A DNA stretch of 24,000 bases, taken from contig NZ_CP175559.1 of NCBI RefSeq assembly GCF_047421495.1, positions 2,165,269-2,189,268 of the forward strand, read 5' to 3'. Below are positions 1-6,571 of this stretch, one piece after another. The stretch comes from Acidithiobacillus sp. M4-SHS-6. Lineage in GTDB: Bacteria > Pseudomonadota > Gammaproteobacteria > Acidithiobacillales > Acidithiobacillaceae. The position numbers and the translations under genes were made by a program. The notes beneath the pieces were generated by a model that was not told the DNA's origin, did not search any database, and saw nothing but the letters and a program-made list of their open reading frames with translations. Position 1 is the stretch's first letter. Every line of letters starts with the position of its first letter.

Positions 1-121
1 TGCCGACGATATTGCGGGATCGGATACCCGTGCCGTAGACCGGTCCAATGACCCGGACCACACGCATGCCGGGGCAATCGTTGATGGTGAGGATGAGGAC
101 AGGACTTTGTTCTGCGGCCAT
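1..121 (-). CDS. YbjQ/UPF0145-family protein, N-terminal part (gene runs off the window start)
   Basis: Minus-strand ATG at 121-119 is preceded by gggagac (SD-like). Translation is MAAEQSPVLILTINDCPGMRVVRVIGPVYGTGIRSRNIVG..., which matches the YbjQ_1 N-terminal pattern as I remember it (TT/TI-N-x-x-PG, V-x-G-x-V-x-G, RSRNI). It was too short for the ORF track because the window edge cuts it. Confidence 0.6.
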   Translation of the reverse strand, partial: MAAEQSPVLILTINDCPGMRVVRVIGPVYGTGIRSRNIVG

Positions 122-360
122 GCGGTCTCCCTTTCTGAGGAATGCTGCAATCCATGTACCGATCGCAGTGTATTCTTATGGAGTCAGTACGCTGGACAAG
201 CGGTCAGTCGGCAACTTCTGACTTGGGACTGGTCATTGCCTTGCTCAGACGAATACCCTTCTTAATCTTACGACGCTATCCAACAAGCTGTCACGTCTCG
301 ACAAGCCTCGCTGCTTTTTGCACACTGGGAACATACCCTACAGCCGCAAAAGGGCCACCA

Positions 361-1305
361 ATGGCCTATTATAGGAAACACCGCAAATACCGGGGATCCA
401 GTGGAAGCCCGCGGTTGAACATCGCTACCATGACGGACCCCGCGTGGATCGGCTCGGCCATCCTCGCAGGCATCATCCTGTTTTCATCCTGGCTGATCCT
501 ACCCACCGTTTTTCAGATTAACCCCATCCTGAAGATACTGACGCCACTTTTTGAGATGATCGGCAGCATCCTGGCGCTGATTTTCGGATTCATGGCGTTC
601 ATGCTGTTTCTGGCCCGCGATACAGAGTCGGTGACACCATCCACAACGTACAAGCCCGCATATCAGCCACCAAAGCCCTCTCAAAAACTCCTGAATGACA
701 ATCCATCACCGTACGCCGACTCCAATCCTGAGCAGCCCTACGGATGGTCCTTGTCACTACTCCGAAGCCTCGAATGGAAACGGTTTGAAGACCTTTGCAA
801 TGAATATCACCGTGAATGTGGTCTGCGAAGCACCACCACAGGGCTCGGTGCCGATGGCGGTGTGGATATTCGTTTGTTCCATCGGAAATCAGGTGAATTA
901 ATCGCAGTTACCCAGTGCAAGGCGCGGTCGAATAGACCCATAGGAGTTGATCTGGTTCGACAGCTTTTGGGCACGATGACCCATGAAAAAGTGCCGATCG
1001 GAACTTTTATCACCAATGGCACTTTTACCAAACCCGCCGAGGAGCTAGCCAAGGAAGATCGTATTATTCTTGTTGACGGCAAACACTTCATAGAACTGAT
1101 TGAGCAGATGCCTGCTTTGTCGCGGGCGCGATTGCTGGCCTTCGCAACGGAAGGGGACTACACCACGCCAACCTGCCCACATTGTGGGATCAAAATGGTG
1201 CCGAGAACCAACAGAAGGAAAGGGAATAAATTCTGGGGCTGCAAAAATTACACCAAATATCCGCCCTGCAAACAAATATTGCAGATGAGAAAAGGAACGG
1301 ACTGA
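361..1305 (+). CDS. Membrane-anchored Mrr-cat (PD-(D/E)xK) restriction-endonuclease-like protein with C-terminal topoisomerase-type C4 zinc ribbon
   Basis: This is part of track ORF 142-1305. The first 73 codons look non-coding, so I prefer the ATG at 361 (alternative ATG at 430). There are two hydrophobic helices (AWIGSAILAGIILFSSWLILPTVF and IGSILALIFGFMAFMLFLA). The Mrr_cat core is WKRFEDLC...GADGGVDIRLF...AVTQCKA...IGVDLVRQLLGTM. The zinc ribbon is CPHCGIKMVPR...KFWGCKNYTKYPPC. Confidence 0.8.
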   Translation: MAYYRKHRKYRGSSGSPRLNIATMTDPAWIGSAILAGIILFSSWLILPTVFQINPILKILTPLFEMIGSILALIFGFMAFMLFLARDTESVTPSTTYKPAYQPPKPSQKLLNDNPSPYADSNPEQPYGWSLSLLRSLEWKRFEDLCNEYHRECGLRSTTTGLGADGGVDIRLFHRKSGELIAVTQCKARSNRPIGVDLVRQLLGTMTHEKVPIGTFITNGTFTKPAEELAKEDRIILVDGKHFIELIEQMPALSRARLLAFATEGDYTTPTCPHCGIKMVPRTNRRKGNKFWGCKNYTKYPPCKQILQMRKGTD

Positions 1306-1309
1306 ATAT

Positions 1310-1494
1310 CCCCAAAATGACCGCAGGCCAATCCGTTTTTCCGAGGGATTAAACATGAGTCCGCACTACAGCAACTGATCCACATACCGAAAGGAACGCT
1401 TGCCATAGATATCGAAAATGACGGCACCAATGGTGAGCACTACCGCGCCCAGTTGGGTGGACAGCGCCTCAATATCAATCATCACATCCTGCAT
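1310..1494 (-). pseudogene. 5' remnant of a DEDDh-type 3'-5' exonuclease (Rv2179c-like/DUF5051-like), with an in-frame stop and truncated
   Basis: Minus-strand ATG at 1494-1492 has the SD aggagaag upstream and lies 21 nt after the stop of the last phosphoesterase gene. Translation is MQDVMIDIEALSTQLGAVVLTIGAVIFDIYGKRSFRYVDQLL, then TAG at 1368-1366. The same frame continues as CGLMFNPSEKRIGL until it runs into the antisense of the 361-1305 gene. MIDIE(T/A)L...IGAV.FD is the ExoI motif of that exonuclease family as I recall it. Confidence 0.45.
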
Positions 1495-1515
1495 GAACTT
1501 CTCCTGCTGTCGAGT

Positions 1516-2262
1516 TCAAATTTCCACTATTCGGTATATCCGTTCATTGCCTTCATCTGGGTAACCCCAGGGATTGCAGTGCACCCGCGTTTTGCCAATG
1601 CGGTAATCCCTCTGGTCATGCACATGTCCATGAATCCAGAGTTCCGGCTTCCAGCGTTGAATACGGTGTTCCTGATTGGAACAAAATCCTCCCGATATGG
1701 GGCTCCCGGCGAATCGGGGGTGCTGGCTTTTGTAGCTGGGCGCGTGATGCGTAATGACCACGGTCGGCCCGTCATGCGGGTGATGAGTGAACTGGCCATC
1801 CAGCCAGGCGATGCTGTCCTGATGCACCTTGAGAACGGCTTCCGGGGTGATGCTGCCGGAATGGCCATCAAAGATCACCTGAAAATCTGACATCATGTGC
1901 TGGCAACTGCGCATCTGTTTCCCGCTGGCGAAGTCTGTCCAGAGGGTCGCACCCAGGAAACGGACGCCGCCGATCGCCATCGACTCGTTTTCCAGCAGAA
2001 ACGCCTGGCGGTCGTGGGCGATGGCCTCCCGGTACTTCCGTCGGTCATCGGGAAAGATCCCATTGTAATATTCGTGGTTACCCAGCACGAAGATGACCGG
2101 CCCCGCGTAGGCCAGACGCAGCTTCCGCAAAAACTCCGTGTAATACTCCGGCATGGTGTCCACGTCGCCACCCAGGACCAGCACGTCGGCACCGGAAAGG
2201 CCAGTCAGCGTGATGGATGAATCGAACTCCAGATGGAGGTCGGAGGCGTAGGCGATGCGCAT
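1516..2262 (-). CDS. Calcineurin-like metallophosphoesterase (long form, paralog of 2909-3766)
   Basis: From track ORF 1516-2334. I start it at the ATG at 2262 (MRIAYASDLHLEF), which has gaagggga upstream and lies 13 nt after the previous stop. All five MPE motifs are present: SDLHLE, GGDVD, GNHEYY, ITHHAP, HGHVH. It also has ATLWTDF and DYRIGKTRVHCNPWGYP. Confidence 0.85.
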   Translation of the reverse strand: MRIAYASDLHLEFDSSITLTGLSGADVLVLGGDVDTMPEYYTEFLRKLRLAYAGPVIFVLGNHEYYNGIFPDDRRKYREAIAHDRQAFLLENESMAIGGVRFLGATLWTDFASGKQMRSCQHMMSDFQVIFDGHSGSITPEAVLKVHQDSIAWLDGQFTHHPHDGPTVVITHHAPSYKSQHPRFAGSPISGGFCSNQEHRIQRWKPELWIHGHVHDQRDYRIGKTRVHCNPWGYPDEGNERIYRIVEI

Positions 2263-2275
2263 GAAATATTCCCCT

Positions 2276-2839
2276 TCAGTCCCAGGCCCGTAAACGTAAA
2301 GATCGGCGCTGCTGCTTCTCGGATTCAGCATCAAATGGCGTCACCGCGCTCAGGATCTCCGCCATCTGAACAGGTTTCCCACCCCAGACATCGGCGCTCA
2401 CTTCCATGGAGCCAGGCAACGGCTGCAGGTTGCCATGCACATGACCATACAAATGCACCGTGCCTTGCCACATGCCGGGCCATTCCCGCATCGGGTAGTG
2501 GCAGAGAAAAACGCTGTGACCATCCACACTGATTTTGGCCATCTCCCGTATGCTGGCCCAGCCTTGCAGGCGGGAGCCACTTACCCCATCAACACGATCA
2601 TGATTACCGACAATCAGATGCTTGGTGCCGTGCAACCTTTTGAGCAGGTCTTGGATGATCTCCGCTGGACGCAAGGAGAAATCGCCCAGGTGATAGACCA
2701 CATCACCGGGGCTCACAACGCTGTTCCAGGCATCCACCAACGCACGGTCCATCTGCGCGCCGTCCTGGAAGGGGCGCTTACAATGCCGGATGATATTGTC
2801 GTGCCCGAAATGGCTGTCGCTGGTAAAAAAGGTGCGCAT
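2276..2839 (-). CDS. Calcineurin-like metallophosphoesterase (short form, different subfamily)
   Basis: From track ORF 2276-2896. The ATG at 2839 is preceded by a near-perfect SD (caaggaggagt). Translation is MRTFFTSDSHFGHDNIIRHCKRPF...HLGDFS...VGNHD...LCHYP...YGHVHG. The N-terminal DxHFGHxNII...RPF signature is typical of small, often phage-borne MPEs. Confidence 0.85.
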   Translation of the reverse strand: MRTFFTSDSHFGHDNIIRHCKRPFQDGAQMDRALVDAWNSVVSPGDVVYHLGDFSLRPAEIIQDLLKRLHGTKHLIVGNHDRVDGVSGSRLQGWASIREMAKISVDGHSVFLCHYPMREWPGMWQGTVHLYGHVHGNLQPLPGSMEVSADVWGGKPVQMAEILSAVTPFDAESEKQQRRSLRLRAWD

Positions 2840-2908
2840 ACTCCTCCTTGAAATCTCCATTGAAATCCCGGCCCTGAAGATTGGCCGGATGGGCAATGAC
2901 CCGCGGGT

Positions 2909-3766
2909 TCATGCAACCGCCTCCTCCAGTTCAATCACCTGTTCCAGCTGCACGCCGGTCCCTTCCCTCGGATATCCGAAGGGATTGGACAACACCCGCA
3001 CCTTACCGATCCGGTAATCCACCACATGATGGATATGGCCGTGCATCCACAACTGCACCCCCTGATCACCATAATGCGCCACGCTTTCCTCCAAATGACT
3101 GGCATAGGCGCCGGACAGATCATCCTTGCGGAAGGAGGGATAAAGCGAATTCCATGCCGGGGCATGGTGGGTGATCACGACCTTGGAGCCATCCCAAGGC
3201 TCTGCAACAGCGGTTTCCAGCCACGTCTTGCTGGCCAGGTGCATCGACAGGGCATCTTGCGGCGCAAAACGCCGGGCACCCCCATGACAGCGTATCCGCT
3301 TATGGTCCTGCATAGTCTCTCGTGCTGCCCGCATGACACAGGGGTCGCCGCCATCAAAATCCGACCACAGGGTGGTTCCGAAAAAACGGATATTGCCGAT
3401 GTCCACGCTTTGTCTTTCCAGCAGCGTAAAGCGCGCCATCAGGTCCTCCGGCACATGTCTGGCCAATCCCTCCCGCCATTTTTCCGGTGCGCGTTCGACG
3501 GAGAACCCCCAGTAATCGTGGTTTCCCAGCACCGCCACAATATGGGGAAAAGGGGGTGCCACCATTTTCAGCCAGTCGGCCAGCTTTTTGGGCGTGCCGA
3601 AGTCACCCGCGAGGACGAGAATACTGTCCGGGTCCGTCGTCAAGGAGGCCAGACGGACCGTGGCGGGTGGATTCACATCCACATGAATATCCGACAGGAG
3701 GCGCAGAAAGGGCTGCGGCTTCCCTGTCAAGGCGCGCGTATCCTCCTCCGATTGTTCCCGCGTCAT
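2909..3766 (-). CDS. Calcineurin-like metallophosphoesterase (long form, paralog of 1516-2262)
   Basis: Track ORF. Motifs are LSDIHVD, AGDFG, GNHDYW, ITHHAP and HGHIHH, plus TTLWSDF and DYRIGKVRVLSNPFGYP, which mirror 1516-2262. Its start overlaps the upstream stop as ATGA (3766-3763). Confidence 0.88.
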   Translation of the reverse strand: MTREQSEEDTRALTGKPQPFLRLLSDIHVDVNPPATVRLASLTTDPDSILVLAGDFGTPKKLADWLKMVAPPFPHIVAVLGNHDYWGFSVERAPEKWREGLARHVPEDLMARFTLLERQSVDIGNIRFFGTTLWSDFDGGDPCVMRAARETMQDHKRIRCHGGARRFAPQDALSMHLASKTWLETAVAEPWDGSKVVITHHAPAWNSLYPSFRKDDLSGAYASHLEESVAHYGDQGVQLWMHGHIHHVVDYRIGKVRVLSNPFGYPREGTGVQLEQVIELEEAVA

Positions 3767-5187
3767 TGTAACCAGTCTCCATTCCTGCCCGACGGCCGCT
3801 CCGCCATGGCCTGCATTTCCAGCAGTCGATACACTACGCCGCGCAAATCGCGCATGGACCGGGGATTACGGGCGAAGGCCTGCTGCAAACGATCCCTGAC
3901 CGTGATTTCCAGATCGGGCAAGGCCGCCGTGTCCACCCCATATTCCCGGGCGACATCCCGCCGCACGTTCTCCAAAATGCGATCAAAATCCTCCGCCTGG
4001 GGAAGCCCCACCCGGATGGTCTCCCAACGGGAGCGCAATGGCCCCGGCAAATCCTCCAGACTGTTTGCCGTCGCCACCCAGCTGATGGCGGAATAATCGA
4101 CCTCGCCGAGGTGAAACTCGTCGAGCACGCCGCTGCTACTGGCAGGTTCCAGAAACGTCAGCAAGGTCTCCCAGATCCGTCCATTCTGGCGTCCCAACCC
4201 CACTTTGTCGATCTCGTCCAGGATCACGATAGGATTGGGGCACTGTCGCTCCAGCATCATTTCCACCAGAAAACCGGGGCGGGCGCTGCTCCAGCCGCGC
4301 GCAGCACCTTTCAGGAGCATATTGTCGTTGGCTCCGGCCAGCGGCACAAAGAGCGTCGGAGCGACCATGGTTTCCCCCAACCGTCGCAGGAACCGGGTCT
4401 TGCCCATACCGGCAGGGCCCAGAAGGAGCAGAGGACGCAGTCGCAGACTGTCCACGCCCAGGCGCTGCGCCAAGACCTGCTGTCGTTCCAGCGCGCCGAT
4501 CGCCGCTTCCATCCAGGGGAACTCCTGCCGCAGCAACTTCGCCCAGGAAAGACTCCGTGGCCATGCCGCCAGCGGCAGAGGACGCAGGAGGGGACGAAAC
4601 CGCTCCAGGTTGCGGCGGTCATCCTCCTTCCCGGGCGCCTGCATGGATTGCAGCACGACCCGCCGGGCACGCCTGCCCTCCTCCGGAATTTCTGCCATAC
4701 CCAGCACACGTTCCAGTACACACTGGAGCGGAAAGAGAGGAAGTGGCACAGCGCTTTCCATCTCCCGGATGAACCGGTTAACCTCCCGGGCCAAAGCCGG
4801 ATCTTCCAGCCGGGCTACGGCCAGCAGGCCCATCTCCAGGGTCAGCATTCGGCACTGCGCACTGCGATCGCGGCTATCCATCCAAAAATCGGCCTTGTTG
4901 CGCCATTGCCCACGCCAGAAATAAAAGGCGTCTCTGAGGAATGTACCATAGGATTTCGGCTGCAGGCGTGCGGCCAGCACCAGGGCATAGATCTCCCCCA
5001 ACTTTGAGCCCTGTTGTGCCGCAATTGTTGCCCACTGCCAGGCGAATTCCTCCGGAGGGCTCCAGCAACCCTCTTTCTGAACCGCTTCCGCAAGGTCGCC
5101 CAATGGGATGCAAGCGACCGCCATCTCCACTGTAAAACGCTGGCTTCTTTCCAGAACCTGGGGAGGCTGGCACTTTAAATGACTCAT
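3763..5187 (-). CDS. AAA+ ATPase with a Lon-like ATPase module, no protease domain, and an uncharacterised N-terminal domain of about 250 aa
   Basis: The track ORF 3763-5232 begins at a GTG. I prefer the ATG at 5187, which overlaps the upstream stop as ATGA (5187-5184). Walker A is LLLGPAGMGKT and Walker B is IVILDEIDK. LLTFLEPASSSGVLDEFHLGEVDYSAISWVATANSLEDLPGPLRSRWETIRV parallels the Lon segment (LLEVLDPEQN..F.D.YL.V.YDLS.V.F..TAN....IP.PLLDRME.I). Nothing after this resembles the Lon S-K protease. Confidence 0.85.
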   Translation of the reverse strand: MSHLKCQPPQVLERSQRFTVEMAVACIPLGDLAEAVQKEGCWSPPEEFAWQWATIAAQQGSKLGEIYALVLAARLQPKSYGTFLRDAFYFWRGQWRNKADFWMDSRDRSAQCRMLTLEMGLLAVARLEDPALAREVNRFIREMESAVPLPLFPLQCVLERVLGMAEIPEEGRRARRVVLQSMQAPGKEDDRRNLERFRPLLRPLPLAAWPRSLSWAKLLRQEFPWMEAAIGALERQQVLAQRLGVDSLRLRPLLLLGPAGMGKTRFLRRLGETMVAPTLFVPLAGANDNMLLKGAARGWSSARPGFLVEMMLERQCPNPIVILDEIDKVGLGRQNGRIWETLLTFLEPASSSGVLDEFHLGEVDYSAISWVATANSLEDLPGPLRSRWETIRVGLPQAEDFDRILENVRRDVAREYGVDTAALPDLEITVRDRLQQAFARNPRSMRDLRGVVYRLLEMQAMAERPSGRNGDWLQ

Positions 5188-5783
5188 CGAATTATGTTCC
5201 AAAGTTGGATTTCCATGTTGGTAGTGCCACACTTTGGGGCTTCATGAATCCAGATCTTCCGAAAAAGCAGGGGGCAGCACAAAGCTAACGGGCCGTGCAT
5301 AACGAATAATCCTAAAAAAGCAGTTATGCCCCAGGCAGGGCGGGAATGGCCCCCTCCGGTGACCATGGTGATCGGGTAATTTGTGCCACGATGTAGCCTG
5401 ACGAGGAGGTCCCAGGGGGTTGTGCCCAGTAACCGCTCCGCAGTCTGCCGTCCGGTCTGTAACTGCGGGTCTTGCTCCTGGTCTACTTCGTGGGCGGCCA
5501 CGACCGCCTGCTGAGAGCCTTCATAGGTGTCCGGAACCGGCAGGAGATAACTCGCCTGTTCGCCGGGAGCCGCGCCTTCCGGCAATACGGCGGTCCAGAC
5601 CGGCTTCGTGTTGGCCGTTTCCTTGTGGGTGACGGTGCTGGTGAAGAAATCGCTGGATGAGGAAGTGCTCATGTGCGAGGTCGTCTGCGCCGCCGCAATC
5701 CAGCCGTTGCCGCTCTGGGCGTGCTGCATGACCAGGCCGACCGCCGTGTTGAATTCATACAGCGAAATGGTTACTATGACCAC
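5184..5783 (-). CDS. Hypothetical protein (first gene of the operon), with one predicted C-terminal hydrophobic helix and no domain I recognise
   Basis: Track ORF, with a GTG start at 5783. Alternative ATG starts are at 5729 and 5672. Third-codon-position G/C stays high through at least 5700. The hydrophobic stretch is AWGITAFLGLFVMHGPLALCCPLLF. The stop overlaps the next start (ATGA). The start is uncertain because a good vapBC promoter sits at 5749-5777. Confidence 0.55.
   Translation of the reverse strand: MVIVTISLYEFNTAVGLVMQHAQSGNGWIAAAQTTSHMSTSSSSDFFTSTVTHKETANTKPVWTAVLPEGAAPGEQASYLLPVPDTYEGSQQAVVAAHEVDQEQDPQLQTGRQTAERLLGTTPWDLLVRLHRGTNYPITMVTGGGHSRPAWGITAFLGLFVMHGPLALCCPLLFRKIWIHEAPKCGTTNMEIQLWNIIR
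5749..5777 (+). promoter_or_regulatory. Putative sigma70 promoter of the antitoxin/toxin operon
   Basis: TTGAAT (5749-5754), a 17-nt spacer, then TACTAT (5772-5777), about 33 nt upstream of the antitoxin ATG. Confidence 0.45.
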
Positions 5784-5792
5784 TGGTAACCA
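5768..5792. promoter_or_regulatory. 7-bp perfect inverted repeat overlapping the -10 box (candidate antitoxin operator)
   Basis: tggttac (5768-5774) and gtaacca (5786-5792) are separated by 11 nt. The left arm overlaps the TACTAT box. Confidence 0.35.
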
Positions 5793-5809
5793 CTCGTGAC
5801 CAGGGGTGC

Positions 5810-6064
5810 ATGATGTTGACTGTCAATGTGAAAGACGCCAAGGCAAAGCTCTCCAGCATAGTAAATGAAGCGATCAATGGCGAGTTCGTGACCATTACCC
5901 GTCATGGCAAGCCGGTTGCAGCACTGGTGTCGATCGAAGTGGCCGAGAAAGCCCGTAAAGCCATGGAGCCAAAACGTATGCGACTGGTGGACTATCTCAG
6001 GACTTTCCCGGGCGATGACGCATTCGAACGTAACCGCACACCATCACGAGATATAGAGATTTAA
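5810..6064 (+). CDS. Type II antitoxin, Phd/YefM family
   Basis: MMLTVNVKDAKAKLSSIVNEAINGEFVTITRHGKPVAALVSIE is the canonical Phd/YefM N-terminus. The gene is small and overlaps the PIN gene by 1 nt (TAATG). Confidence 0.88.
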   Translation: MMLTVNVKDAKAKLSSIVNEAINGEFVTITRHGKPVAALVSIEVAEKARKAMEPKRMRLVDYLRTFPGDDAFERNRTPSRDIEI

Positions 6065-6534
6065 TGAAATTTCTGCTCGACACCGATGTCATTTCCATGC
6101 TTTCACCCGTGCGAAACGCCGTTTCAGCCCCGATTCTTGCCTGGCTGGAACAGATGGATAACGAAGATCGGCTGTTCTTGTCTGTGGTCACTATCCACGA
6201 GATCGAAAAAGGCATTGCTGTTTTAGAAGGCAAAGGAGCGTCCGCAAAGGCATCCGAACTCAGAAAATGGCTTTTAACGCTGGTGTCCACTTACGCGGAC
6301 AAGATTTTGGGATTTGATGCGTCTGCAGCGACGATTGCTGGGCAATTAGAAGCGAGAGCCATAATGGCTGGTCATAATCCGGGAATGGCAGATGCGATTA
6401 TAGCGGGCATTGCCAAGGCGCATAATCTTGTTGTTATTACCCGCAACACCCGCCATTTTCTCACCTTTGGTGAGCATGTGGTTTCTCCTGATGACGCCGC
6501 AGCGTCCCATTGTGGTTTTGGTGAAAAATCCTAA
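6064..6534 (+). CDS. vapC: PIN-domain toxin (VapC/FitB-like ribonuclease)
   Basis: MKFLLDTDVIS...TIHEIEKG...MADAIIAGIAKAHNLVVITRNTRHF. The conserved acidic PIN residues are in their expected positions, and the gene is coupled to the upstream antitoxin. Confidence 0.88.
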   Translation: MKFLLDTDVISMLSPVRNAVSAPILAWLEQMDNEDRLFLSVVTIHEIEKGIAVLEGKGASAKASELRKWLLTLVSTYADKILGFDASAATIAGQLEARAIMAGHNPGMADAIIAGIAKAHNLVVITRNTRHFLTFGEHVVSPDDAAASHCGFGEKS

Positions 6535-6571
6535 AGTGTCCTTCCTCCATGATACAATAACCCCATGGTGA

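Noticed and set aside
142-360. N-terminal 73-codon extension of the Mrr-cat ORF (track start at 142)
   Set aside because: The translation (MLQSMYRSQCILMESVRWTSG...CHVSTSLAAFC) looks non-protein-like. The extension would also leave only 20 nt to the divergent YbjQ-like start. The ATG at 361 immediately precedes the basic N-terminus and the TM helices.
1453-1890. 145-aa plus-strand ORF overlapping the 3' part of the last phosphoesterase gene
   Set aside because: It is antisense to a gene with complete MPE motifs, and it has no motif or start signal of its own.
3026-5007. Long plus-strand ORFs (3026-4096, 356 aa; 4111-5007, 298 aa; 4205-4924, 239 aa) opposite the phosphoesterase and ATPase genes
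   Set aside because: Their translations are Arg/Pro/Gly/Ser-rich with no motifs. The minus-strand frames carry complete MPE and Walker A/B motif sets and coupled starts and stops. These are shadow ORFs.
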